This document shows positions 51,347 to 63,800 of a stretch of 64,000 bases of DNA, piece by piece; the stretch's first letter is position 1, and every line of letters starts with the position of its first letter. The translations under genes were made by a program, and so were the position numbers. The stretch is from the NCBI RefSeq assembly GCF_963506605.1, contig NC_083276.1:87978001-88042000 (forward strand), written 5' to 3'. This stretch comes from Zootoca vivipara. Taxonomy: Eukaryota. The notes below the pieces were generated by a model that searched no databases, was not told the origin of the DNA, and worked only from the letters and a program-made list of their open reading frames with translations.

Positions 51347-51482
51347 CAGGCATCCCCAAACTTTGGCCCTCCAGATGTTTTGGACTACAGTTCCCATCAT
51401 CCCTGACCACTGGTCCTGTTAGCTAGGGATCATGGGAGTTGTAGGCCAAAACATCTGGAGGGCCACAGTTTGGGGATGCCTG
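51347..51482. mobile_element. hAT (Charlie-like) palindromic MITE
   Basis: Perfect TIR caggcatccccaaact; 8-bp TSD ccctattc. Confidence 0.92.
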
Positions 51483-54312
51483 CCCTATTCCATGTCCCAC
51501 CTAGTAGTGGGGTGGCAAGAACGGTTTTGGCTGCAGAGCTTAAAAAGTTGGGCAATCTGGTATAGTAAGTCGTGCTCCTTCAAGCATCGGTTTTAGGACT
51601 TTATAAGCTGCCATCAATGTTATGTATGTATAATGTTGTTGTTGTTGTTGTTGTTGAATACATCTTTAGTTTGGAATTTTTCTCTTTAGTTATAAAAATA
51701 ACATAAATAATGAAGTGATCTTTCACACACACAAAATATCACACAGTAGGAGGCTGCTTTTGGATCACTATTTTTTTTTCTTCCAATTTGAAATCGGAGG
51801 GGAATCTCATCTGCCCTTTCTGATGAATGTGGTTCTACTGTGAGTAATTTCTCTCCCTTGGCTTACAAGCGTTGTAATGACCCCAAGACTTATTCAATTG
51901 GCAAATCTGTCCCTGGCCTGTACCATTTCATACAACAGGTGGGGACTCACCTGCCTGAATGTTTCTTCATAAAACTCATTGAAAACGGGGAAATAAGGCT
52001 TGACTAGGACATTTATTTTTATTTTCTATCTGCAGAGTTGTTGTTTTAAGAGAATCATTCAGTAGTGTGGAAACCCCTCCCCCCGCCCAATAGTTTCAAC
52101 TCATACAGCCTACCCACAGATGTACCATTTCAGCAAGAGCAAAAGTCTGTCTCAAAAATGAAGGCTGGGGGTTTACTACAATTGACTGCTGCAGAAGGAA
52201 CAACAAAGATGGATATCTAGGTCATTTGTCATAAACAGGTGCAGTTTTTGTGAAGTGGCACTTGCTTACCACAGGCTGAATTTGGCTCCCGGAACTCCAA
52301 TTACATTCTCTACTGGATTATAACAACGCCAGGATTAAGTAAAACCCAACATTGGGGTGTGGGTGTTTTTTAAAAAAAATCTAAGAAAAGGAATTGGTTT
52401 GAGAGAGTTATGAGAGGTTGGAAAAAGTAGGCATGAAATCTGAAATTTAATTATAGCCCTCACTTTAAATATGAAAAAAATCAGATTAATAAAAGGCAAG
52501 AAAAAAAAGGGGGGTCATTTTTCAGGAAAAAAGGAAACTTCAGACAACTCCCTTTTTCTTTCCCATTATCTTACAAGATACTTAATGCATCAGCAAACTG
52601 AGAGGATCTTATTTCCCTAGTTCCGCTACCCTGCCTTTCTCTCTTTCTATCTGCTGTAATGGCTATAATCTTGCATTGAAGTTGTATATAAATAAATGGG
52701 ACCAGAGTGCATAGGTTGGAGACTGCAGCTACCGTAGCTACACACAAATAGCACAACTCTAATTTAAACACCTTGAACCAAGCACAGTAAGCTTTCGTAG
52801 AGCAATTCCAGACTGTTTCTGATTTTGGGTGGGATTCAATCACATACTGACATACAGGTTATGTAATTAATGTTGATTAGGAGGTCTTTTCCAACAAACT
52901 CACTTCCCCCCAAAGATCAGACCTTTTAGAATAAGAAACGTGACAGGGCAATGGACCTGCACTTGCTTTGATGCAACACCATATAGAGTTCACACAAACT
53001 AATAGAATGAATGCTCCTCAACAACCCCACAAACCAACCTGAATGAATGTTCCTTCCACAGGCTGTCTGAAAGCACAGCATGGTTTTATTACTGTTGCCA
53101 GCGATGGGTTGATTCCTTTATATTTTATTTTTATTTTTGCGGGGGGAAAGCCTGGAGGAGGGAGCTTTTGCAAGACACCGTCAATACCCCTTCCCTCAGT
53201 GAGTTCACATTTTTGTTACCATTGTTGCCAGCCGTTTTCTTGCCAGACAGAGCCAATGAGCAGGAATGCAGTGGCAGTTATTCCTCCTCCTTTTCACTTC
53301 CCCTTATGTTTACTTGCTCATCCCCGCTTGGCCAGAGGGAGAGTCAGGTGAACAAGCTACCCTGAAATGTGGAAGAGGAGGAGCAGGTCCAAGGGGACTC
53401 TTGTCAGTGGGCTGCCTGCTGGAATGTGGGCTCTCAGCAGGTGCATGAGCATGATGCTGGCCAAGTTTTCATTCTTCCCATGCCAAAATGATGGATTTTG
53501 TTGGGAAAACCAGCCTCCCACTTTGCAACTCAGCACCTATTTTTAGGTGTGCGCGCATTATTACTATATAAAATGGTGGCCACTCTTGATGCCTGAGCAG
53601 CCTCTGGACTGCAACAGGTTGGGAGGAGGTTGCCATGTCACAGTCCTGACAACAACAAAACCTCTACTATTTCCATTTCAAGGAAATCTCTCACTTGGTG
53701 CCCTTGAAATGCAAATAGCAATTCCAAGAGAGGCAATTTTGTTTGCAGTGGGAGAATGAGTGAGATTTCCGCTCTCCACCATCCCAGACTCCTAACTACA
53801 TAACAAAAAGGGAGGCACATTAATTGTGTTCCTACCACTATCTAGTTTGGCCCACAGATTATATACTGGGCATGTGGAAGGGAACCGCCTTGTCCTGTGT
53901 GAGGATTTGGCAGTTCTCAGCCATGTGACCCAACCCCTAAGAAGTTCCAGGTCTAAATCTTAAAAGCTTGTGCCCTCTCTGTAAGAAGATCTGCCAGTGC
54001 AGACTACACTGCAGAAGAAAAGGGGTTGGAGGAGAAAACAGGACAGGGGTCACATTCTGTATTTCCTGCTATAAAATTACAAACCGCGCAGCTTCTGCAA
54101 TTGTGTCCATCCTCCCTGCTTTTAGTGTGCATGTTTTTTGTCTTGCCAACACCTGTCATTCATTGATTTGCCGTATAGATTTAAATCTCAGGCTAGAGGC
54201 CAAGGAGTGCAAGAAAAGATTGCTAAAGGTCACTTGACTTGTTACATTTTAGGTGCTCACTGAAAAATAAAGTGTGTGACAAATGCATGCATCATGCAGG
54301 TACAATTATTTG

Positions 54313-54640
54313 GAACACAGGGAGCTGCCTTAAACCAAGTCAGACCATTGTCCCAACTAGCTCAGTATTGTCTATGTTGACTGGCCACAGTTCTCCAGGA
54401 TTTCAGGGAGGGGTCTCTTCCAGGCCCATGGGTGTAGCTAGGATCTTTGTTAGTGGGGGGAAGAACTGAACTATCTGTGACGTGATTGGCCAGTTAGGTA
54501 AGTATTTTTTATTTATTTACTTGATCTGGGTGTGGGTGTGTGCAGAAGCCACCCTCTGCTGCCCTCTGGCTGTGCCCATGTCCAGACCTACCTGGATATG
54601 CCAGGCATGGGGACCTTTTGCATGAGCTATGTCCTTCTCC
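54313..54640 (-). mobile_element. tRNA-derived SINE (Squam3-like) interrupted by a hAT element
   Basis: gctgccttaaaccaagtcagaccattg…tagctcagt, shared with 58359-58546. Confidence 0.65.
54427..54580. mobile_element. 154-bp hAT MITE
   Basis: TIR catgggtgtagc / gctgtgcccatg; 8-bp TSD tccag(g/a)cc. Confidence 0.75.
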
Positions 54641-56209
54641 ATATTGGGGAGCCATGATTGACTGCAAGTTTATATTTAAAGCACACTCGGAGACAAGCCC
54701 AGAATTGCCCCAACACAGAGTGCGAAGTCACCTAGGGTAGACTTTCCCCAGCCTGATACTCTTCCATAATTTCTAACCATTGGCCATGCTGGCTGGGGTT
54801 GCTGGCTGCTGGGGAAAGCTGGCCTAAGGGTACATGAATCAAAAGAGAGGGCGTGCAAAATCCCATTTTCTATTAAAAGGATTCTGTTCAAACTGCCTAT
54901 TGAATAGTTAAAAGTGTTACCCATTATCTATTTGAAGACTTGCTGCCAACTCTGGTGCCCCACTGGAGTTGGCATCCACTTTTCTGAAGGGGTCATCAGA
55001 GCAAATTCATCAATCTGACACTCTCTCCGCTCAAAAACCCATCGCCGCCTTCCACGAGATGGTGAAACTCATCAACGCCGCTCTTTGAAAATTAAGGAAC
55101 AGTTTCTCATCTGTCAATCTGGACAGGAGATGGAATAATTTGGCCTCCATTTATATGCTAAATTATTACAAGGATAATAATGGTGGATTGGGGAGGGGAA
55201 AATATAACAACTACACTGATTGTTTAGGTGACTGTAAATGGATCGTCTTCAAAAGGCGAGGTTAGAGGAAAATGCAGATAAACACGCAGATTGCTTCAAA
55301 ATCAAAACACTTAAGGCACGGTGTTCATCCTTCTAGAACTAATGGCCATTCAGCGTGAACGGGATTGTGCCTCAAATTGCATTCAGATGCAAATATTTAA
55401 TTGCCTCGGTAGCAAATAAAATTATAGGCCCCAGGTATTTGCGGGATGTTTTTGCACAGAAACAACATAGTTAAACTGTGCAGTATTTGATGAATTAAAT
55501 TCATTATGTTAATGCACTCCATATAATCTGAGCAGCCCACCTTTGGCTTGAAAAATACAGCAGAACTGCTGGCGTTGATTCCTGCCGCCTAAGACTGCTG
55601 CTGTCACTTCCAGTAATTAACCCTAGAGGCTTACAGTTTTCTTAATGCTTTCTTAAAAATAAGAATCAAAGAAAGGCCGTAGTCCTGTGAGCCATAGCAG
55701 TGTTATCCATGTGGTAGCATTGCTTATTGATCAATGCAGGGAGGTGGGTATACAGCTCCCAGAGGATAGATGTTCTTTTGTTTAGATGTTCCAAAGGCAG
55801 TGAACAAAGATCACATATTGTGGTCAGGAAAACAACAGCAGTTTTTTTTGTTTTGTTTTTAAAGGCAACCCAGATGAAATCCAGTGACTCTTAAATATCT
55901 TTGTTTCTTTTTTTGTGGCCTTCAGAAAGTGATGCCATGAACCCCATAAATAGGGCTGATTGTACTCTGGCATGTTCTATCCAGTTTGAAATTCTGTGCT
56001 GAAAGCCAAATTGTACAATGTGTAGCTTCCTGCCCCCTCCCCTTTAAATTTTTATTAATTACAAGTGCAGTGTTTGTGGGGAGCAGAGGATGATGGTTAC
56101 CAGGAATTCAACATTTGGAGAAGGGGAGAAAGTTATCTCTTCCTTCTCCAGCAAGACTGGAACGTAAATTGCCCTCCTATGCATGGCTTAGTAAAAAAAC
56201 AAACAAATT

Positions 56210-56212
<3 letters not shown>

Positions 56213-56254
<42 letters not shown>
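56213..56254. repeat. (AC)n microsatellite
   Basis: Direct reading. Confidence 0.97.
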
Positions 56255-56256
<2 letters not shown>

Positions 56257-57008
56257 GCCCAAGTATTGGTGCTCTGCAGGAGGGGGCAATTTTAGTTTGG
56301 AGAGATAAACCACACCTCCCTGCAACCTGCATTTCTCAAAAGGGTCATACATATACACAAACCATGCACACCTGTAATTTATAAAAGCAAAAGGGTGGGG
56401 ACATAGCTACATACTGTGCATTAATGCACCCTTAGTTTGTCTTAGATAACTGAAATCCACAATTTAGAGCACATTATGCAAATATACACCAAGTTGCTGG
56501 ATTTGAATGATGACCTGTGAGGAGCGCACTATTTGGGATTTTGCAAAGCCTAACAATGATTTGGCAAGAACTGGGGTGGTAAAAGGTTTTTTTTAAAAAA
56601 AGGAGAGCTAGAATGAATTAAAGGAGAAGTGGTTAAGGGACAGATTAGAAGATTACTTTTTTATCAGGTTTAGGAAAAAAGCTTCAGGGCTCTCAGGTAC
56701 CTTGCCAAAGTTTTCCTTTTTCTTGTGAGCTTCCAGCCACCACTACTGCCTGATCTGCCCTGATATCATAGTGGAAGCTTGTAGGCAGAGATGTCATTGT
56801 CCCTCTCAGTATGGCATAGTAGGATGCCACCATTTACCTGGCCTCTGGCTGGTTGCATTGCTTACAAGGAGGTAAGCATTCTTTCTTCCCCAAATGTCCT
56901 GAAACAACGCTCCCACAAGACACTTTAGAGAAAACAAAATGGCGGACACTAGAAGCATCTGCCTGTGTCACACACATATCTGGATTTTAAAGATAGGAGA
57001 TAAGATTA

Positions 57009-57351
57009 CAGTGGTACCTTGGTTTACAACCATAATCCGTTCCGGATGTCCATTTATAAACCAAAACAGGTTGTAACCCAAGGCATAGCTGCCAAGTTTT
57101 CCCTTTTCTCGCGAGGAAGCCTATTCAGCATAATGGAATTTCCCTTTAAAAAAGGGATAACTTGGCAGCTATGACCCAAGGCGCGCTTTCGCCAATGGGG
57201 CCTCCAAAAAATTTTTTGTTCGTAATCCAAAAAAAGAGAGGGTTGTAATCCAAAAAAAGGGTTGCAAACCGGGACACATACTTCTGGGTTTGACGTGTTT
57301 GTAATCCAAAACGAATGCAAACCAAGATGTATGCAAACCAAGGTACCACTG
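57009..57351. mobile_element. Tc1/mariner (Tigger-like) MITE
   Basis: TA|cagtggtaccttggttt…aaaccaaggtaccactg|TA. Confidence 0.9.
57084..57173. mobile_element. 90-bp hAT MITE nested in mariner MITE
   Basis: TIR CATAGCTGCCAAGTT; perfect 8-bp TSD acccaagg; near-identical to 23949-24038. Confidence 0.9.
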
Positions 57352-57537
57352 TATAGCTCAAAGTGGATAATGGAAGAACATACAGAATTTTGCAGGTTAT
57401 AGGTGGCTGGTAAAAAATAATAATATTGAAGAGAAATTCTTTAAATTTCCACACAGGGTCTCCCTCAGCCTAACCTGTCAAAGTATTCTGCCATCCAGAA
57501 CTCTTTAAATATAATGCATGTTCGTTTTAGGGTTATC

Positions 57538-57955
57538 TGTTGAATATTGCAGAGTATACGCAGACTTTCTGGAAGGATTCGGTTGCAGGCAGGCAGAATG
57601 AAGCAGGAACAAGACGTTGCTCACTAGTAACTTGGTTACTTATAGAGGTTTATTATTTACAGCAGACTCACAAGTTACTATATACAAGATACAAACACGG
57701 ATCTTAACTCTCTCTCTGAACAAACTCCAACTAACTCCAAGAACTAACCACACACCAACAACCAAACCAACCAACCAACCAATGGAAAGTCATGAGTCAT
57801 CATGCCTATATGGGTGACCTTATCCAATAGCAGAGTTGTATCCAAGGCTCTCATATCATTAGGCAGAAAAAAACTCCCTCTACTCAGTCTTCCTGGCCTT
57901 CGGTCAACTCATTAATTGCTTCTGTAGGAAGCTGCATCAAACCAAAGTCCCAACA
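57538..57955 (-). mobile_element. Solo LTR (418 bp)
   Basis: TGTTG…CAACA termini, perfect 5-bp TSD ttatc on both sides, minus-strand AATAAA at about 57649-57654, CCAAT motifs. Confidence 0.8.
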
Positions 57956-58358
57956 TTATCAACAAAGTATTATTTTCTGACATTATGTGCCATTTGATAA
58001 ATTTATTTATTTAGTTATTTACGAGGCAAATGCTGTGCTTTCTGAGGAAACTGCACAAAGCAGACTATGTTGTTTTTAAAATACAAACCCATTACATTAA
58101 CCTTTTAAAAACAAACAATCAGCAACAATAAACAAGAAAATTAAGATCACCATCATAAAAAATGATAAGCAGTTTAAAGCAATATTATAAATAATAATAA
58201 ATATGGAGTAAGATAATCATCATCATGCCAGCAAAATGCTTGGTGTTGAACTGGATGCAGAGGAAAGCTATGAACAGCACTAGCTTTGGAAGATGCTGAT
58301 AATAGACAACCACCGCAAAATGATGCTATGCACAAGCTATCATGTGATTTGAGACCTC

Positions 58359-58546
58359 AACATACGTAGGAAGCTACATTAAACCAAGTCAGACCATTGG
58401 CCCGTCTAGCTCAGTGCTGTCTACACTGAATGACAGCAGTTCATCAGGGTCTCAGACAAGAGTCTTCTCCAACCCTACTTGCAGATTCTGAGGATTGAAT
58501 CTGTATGCAAGGCAGTTTCTCTGCCACCGAGCTATGGCCTTCCCCA
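58359..58546 (-). mobile_element. tRNA-derived SINE (Squam3-like)
   Basis: Minus-strand head ggccatagctcggtggcagag…ttcaatcc and tail …ggtctgacttggtttaatgtagcttcctacg. Confidence 0.7.
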
Positions 58547-59019
58547 TCAGCTACTGCCCCTACCTTGTACCTGGTGTTTGATTTGCATTTTCTCCCTTTC
58601 TGCCATTCTGCTTCTGCCACTTATGAACTATGAGCACAAACTGTCATTTTGCACATCAATACAGATCATGCCAGAGTTAGTGGCATGCAAAACCATGGCT
58701 CCTTGTGAATGGGTCAGCAACATCTGCAAGTCAACCGGTTTGCAAATACAGCTGCAAATACAACATTTTAAGTGCGTTTTAAGTGCATTTTACAAATGTG
58801 ACACTAAATGGCGCTGATGAGCTAATGGAAAATTCCATATCTACTTTATGACATTTATTATAAAGGCATTTTCACAGTGGTGGTTTGTTTTGTTTTTTAA
58901 ATAACTGTGTAGATTCAGCCTGGGTCTGGGCAGAAGAAGCTTTGTGCTATCTGTAATACTTGCTCTTTGGTACAAACTGTTTGGTCCTGGGGAAATCCTC
59001 CCCATATTTCTAGATTTAC

Positions 59020-59083
59020 TGCTCAGGAGGGTGCAAAGAGCTGTTGTTGAAACCATCCTCTCTGTTGCGGAAGGGTGATTCAT
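59020..59083 (-). CDS. Candidate first coding exon of GYPC (MNHPSATERMVSTTALCTLLS-T)
   Basis: ATG at 59083, Ser/Thr-rich, ends in phase 1 at A|gtaaat, compatible with the 48507 exon; the spliced product would be 103 aa. It is preceded by ttctttccaaag (possible acceptor) and TATA/ETS/GATA motifs. The donor is weak and homology is unconfirmed. Confidence 0.4.
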
Positions 59084-59118
59084 GCTTTGGAAAGAAGAGC
59101 CAGCAATCCTGTGGGGAA

Positions 59119-59166
59119 TTTTATAACCCCTGTGAAGTGAAGTGCCACACAGGAAGTGTTTTATCT
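59119..59166 (-). promoter_or_regulatory. Candidate haematopoietic promoter: TATAAAA, ETS core (CAGGAAGTG), AGATAA
   Basis: Minus-strand TATAAAA at 59125-59119, caggaagtg at about 59150-59158, ttatct at 59161-59166, clustered 35-85 nt upstream of the candidate ATG. Confidence 0.3.
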
Positions 59167-60580
59167 TTCTCCAGCTTCACTGTCCTTTGAAGTTAGCCTT
59201 AGTTTTGCCCCATTACTCTGAGAAGAGCAAAGTTCCATGGGTGTATTGCACATTCAGCTTGAATTTCCTTTGGATGGAGGTCACTAGAGGCTTATTGGAG
59301 TTTTGTAACATTTATATTTACAAACAGACAAGTAAAGCTTAGGTGGAGGCACACAGTTTGAGCAGTCAAGCAGCCAACTGAAACCTGGTGCTCCTACATC
59401 AAATCGCCAGGGAGATATCCAGCACCTTAAGATGCTTACAGAGCCCAAATCCCCCCCCCTCAAAATTTCAGAGCTCCTTTATCACTGACAAGTCTAATTG
59501 GGAAAATGAATCTCTTTTAGTTTTTTCTATACCAAAAACATTTTTAAAGTGCTTGGCCTTTGGGCCTACCGGTATTTGTCTGAAAATGCGGAGATCTCTC
59601 ATGTCTGTGATTTTCAGACTAATTGCACACAAAAGACATGGGGATATTTAAGTGATTCCTTTTGTTGTTACCCATTTCAGTCCTTGTGGCAGAACTGCTA
59701 CAGTGATCCTTCTGAAATTTGACAGGATTCATGCCCTCTGAAGTGGTGACTCAGCCTGCAAATTCCATCCAATTCTGCCCCTAAATGAAAAGTTAGAGAT
59801 GGTTTCTTTTTGGAGGGTGGGTGAAGTCACATTTTAGAGGTAAAAATCACTGGCAGCCTTAATGCTCTCTTGAGGGACTACTGTGCGTGCAAATTTCACC
59901 CACTTCAGTCAAAAGATAGACAAAAGTTAGAGCCTTGTTGTTGTTGTTTTCCCAGTAGTGAACCAGGGAGGATAGTGGCATTGAGACCAACAGATCTCAA
60001 AGAAGCAGCAGAAGTCACAGACTGCACATGGGAGTTTGAACAGGAAGCAGGACTGGGAATATAAACTTGTGTTAGTCACAATGAGTAAAAGCGTAGGCTT
60101 CCCTCCACTTGAATCTGATGAACTCACATTTCAACCAGAATGCTGCTAACAACTACTTGACATATAGGCTGCACCATAGCATTGCTTCGAAAGATGCAGT
60201 GGCTTCCAGACATAACTTTTTTGGGGGAACATTGCCTCAGCATATTTGGGATTGCTGTTTTGTTCTGCAAAAAAAGGGCATGCTCTGTGAAAAGACTGCA
60301 ATAATCCCTTTGGCACAGTAGCAGCTCATACTGGGGGGAGGGGGAGGTACAATAGGAGTAGCTGCCTTTTGCTAACACCCCATGGAAATTTTGCTGTCAC
60401 AGCAGCATATGATGTTGGAAGGTATTTTCACACTAGCATGGCAGGATGTTATTGACAGGTTTTTAACAAAAGCCGGAGCACCACAACTTGAAAATGATTG
60501 GATAGTGCAATCCTGTACATGTCTTCTTAGAAATGACTCCCAGATAAGTAGGTATCAAAATGCAGCCTATGACATCTAAA

Positions 60581-60705
60581 ACAGGGAACCTGCGGCTTCC
60601 AGAAGACTACAGTTCTCATCATCTGTGTCTTCTGGCTACATTGGCCAGAAGTGTTGGGAGTTGGTGATACAACAACACCTGGAGGGAAAAGATGGCCCAT
60701 CCCTG
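60581..60705. mobile_element. Degenerate hAT palindromic MITE
   Basis: cagggaacctgcggcttccag…ctggaggg…catccctg. Confidence 0.5.
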
Positions 60706-62509
60706 CCTTAGTCTTTAAAGCATGGACACCCTTTCACACTTGGGCTTCCTGCTCTTAATTAGGATGACAGTTCTTGATGCTATGAGCCTAGTTTACCACC
60801 TCTACGTCATGGCTCTGAAAACTCCAGCAGACCGACGAGATATTCTGTGTGATGTATATAAGAGTCAAAACTTGTGCGAGTCTTTTCCCATTGATGAAAA
60901 AATTAGAACATGCTAAAGACAGCGAGCCTGTGTGGAACTTTGAGATCTGATGGCAACAAAAGCTTACAATAGTAGGACAGCCATTTGATAGGGGCTCTTA
61001 TTACATGAGATACTGCATGCTTTCCAGTTAAACCCTGACAATGTGTTCAGGCAAAGAGTTAGTGTCTTATTAAAGCCACCTAAAGAGATTGATGGCTGAG
61101 AGTTTGACGCTGTGCCTTTCATAACCACACATAATATACTATCCATTCAGCATTTCTAGGCTGGCACTGGATTGTGATTATTGCTCAGATTATCTGAGAT
61201 ATTCCTTTTGATCGCAATTTCAGATGCACCCAGCTCAATGCTGCCCACAAGTCATATATCATGGGCCACCCAGAGCATGATAAATTATCTTCCTGGGCTG
61301 TGAAATCTGCATTATTAAACCTCTTGCAAGCCACAATGGCCGTGGAGCTGCATTTGGCTTAGCAAGTCACAAAATATAGGTCTTGATTATATCATCTTTG
61401 CACCAACAGACATAGACAGGCATTCTTGTTGCCCATTACACAGCTATGAAATATTCTTCCCAGAGGCTGGTATAAGACATTTCCTTAGCAGCCCAGAGTA
61501 ATCTGGTTCTGAGGAGCTTTAGTTTGGTATATTTTATATTTTAGAATATTTTGGAGTATACCTATTATTTTTGAATACTGTATCTTGCCCTGGGGGCAAT
61601 GTGAGCCATAAAACAAAATAATAGCAACATTAGTTGAACTATATATATATTTGAAACTCATTCTATTTGGTTTCTTTAGATCAGGTTTGTCTTTTCCTCA
61701 GCCAGAAAGGAAGTGGCATTAGTTCTCAATTATTGATTAGAAACTAGTGTGTTGACAACCCACCAGCTGTTGAGAGAGTCACTTGTCTGCTCTGATGTCA
61801 CAGGCAGATGTGTGTTATCACCTTCTGGGCTATTAGTTTAGTTGCACTGATGTCACAGAGGGGCTTAGAAGTCAAGTACTAAGAGGAACTCAGCGCACCT
61901 TAGAATTTGTGCTTCAATAGCACAAAGCAGTTTTGTTTTGTTTTTAATTGCAGCAAACAAAATTTCTTATTGACCAGGGAAATCACATCCTGCAGTTCCT
62001 CTTAATACTTGGCTACCTGGCCCTAGGCTTCTAGGTTCTTGGTGAAGGCTCTAAAACTGCTTAGTTTATTTGTATCCAGCTAGAAGGAATCATTTGAAAC
62101 ACCCTGATATCTAGGCTGTACTGAAAAAAATCTTGCTAGGTTCCAAGGTGATTCCAATGACATCTAGTGGGTACAAATCAATTGAGCGTTTTCCGAATCT
62201 TTGATAAAAACCGACAGAGGACGTTTGCTGTCTGTGGTATGATGTAATGAATACAAATTAAAACTATAGATTCTAAAAGGGTTTTGATCAGAGTTGTCAC
62301 TTGCTTAGACAGTATTGATGGCAATGTTGTACCTTACAGTGTACCTTACAATTTCATAGTTTGCTCAGTGATTTCTGATGGCCATGGAAACTGATGTGGA
62401 GCCTTAGATCCTGGGCTCATGAGGACCAATCTCATGTACCACCCAGACTCATTGCTACTGCAGGAGTGTCATCAACTACTATCCCCATTGCGTGCATGCA
62501 CACGCGCAT

Positions 62510-62540
<31 letters not shown>

Positions 62541-62989
62541 ATCACTGGGTACAGGTGGAATAATAGACAATTCCATTTTTTGCCATTCTCTTTGACCCTA
62601 CTCTTTTGCAATTCTAAATCTAATTTTGTGGCTCCAGTTCTGTCGTGCCCAACTAGTGAGCAACCACGCCAAGCACATCTACCAGCCATACTATTTTCCT
62701 TATTAGGTACTTGACATGCTTCCTCTCCTTACAATCAGAGAAGTCGATGAAAACATGACACTTATGTTCTTTGTAGACAAACGCACATGGCTGGTAGGCT
62801 GTGCTTCATTTAATGGATCTCAAATTGCACAGACCTGGGGTGGCAAGCACAAAAGGTCAGCAGGATTACGCAGCTGCTGGGGTTCATGTCTATTAAGGGA
62901 CCCACCAACTGAAGGTCAGTGTCACCATATTAGCTTTCAGGACCTATGATCTGGCCAGGCTTTGCTCCAAAAAACCATCTTGACCATAT

Positions 62990-63753
62990 AGGACTATATA
63001 GTGGGGGAATCCCTGGTCCTGAATGGGGTCACTGTGCCCCTGAAGGACCAGGTGCACAGCCTGGGAGTCATTTTGGACTCACGGCTGTCCATGGAGCTAC
63101 AAGTTAATTCTGTGTCCATCAGCTCCATCTGGTACGCAGGCTGAGACCCTAACTGCCCGAAGACTGTCTCACCAGAGTGGTGCATGCTCTAGTTATCTCC
63201 CGCTTGGACTACTGCAATGCGCTCTACGTGGGGCTACCTTTGACGGTGACCCGGAAACTGCAATTAATCCAGAATGCGGCAGCTAGACTGGTGACTGGGA
63301 GTGGCCGCCGAGACCACATAACACCGGTCCTAAGAGACCTACATTGGCTCCCAGTATGTTTCCAAGCACAATTCAAAGTGTTGGTGCTGACCTTTAAAGC
63401 CCTAAACGGCCTCGGTCCAGTATACCTGAAGGAGCGTCTCCACCCCCATCGTTTAGCCCGGACACTGAGATCCAGCGCCAAGGGCCTTCTGCCGGTTCCC
63501 TCGCTACGGGGAAGCCAAGTTACAGGGAACCAGGAAGAGGGCCTTCTCGGTAGTGGTGCCCGCCCCCTATGGAACGCCCTTCCATCGGAGGTCAAGGAGA
63601 TAAACAACTACCTGACATTTAGAAAACACCTAAAGGCAGCCCTGTTTAGGGAAGTTTTTAATCTGTGATATTTTAATGTATTTTGGTATTTGTTGGAAGC
63701 CGCCCAGAGTGGTGGGGGAAACCCAGCCAGATGGGCAGGGTATAAATAAATAA

Positions 63754-63799
<46 letters not shown>
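62990..63799 (+). mobile_element. L2 LINE 3' portion with (AAT)n tail
   Basis: ORF 63177-63668 VHALVISRLDYCNALYVGLP…LQLIQNAAARL…DHITPVLRDLHWLP…FKVLVLTFKAL…WNALP…FRKHLK, the L2 ORF2 C-terminus. Confidence 0.93.

Positions 63800-63800
<1 letters not shown>

Noticed and set aside
51867-51917. Open phase 1-1 micro-exon candidate (xQGQICQLNKSWGHYNA)
   Set aside because: The acceptor lacks any polypyrimidine tract, and the peptide is not Ser/Thr-rich like a glycophorin ectodomain.
52262-52320. Strong minus-strand donor GTG|gtaagc
   Set aside because: The phase-1 frame has a TAA just upstream; incompatible with the GYPC reading frame.
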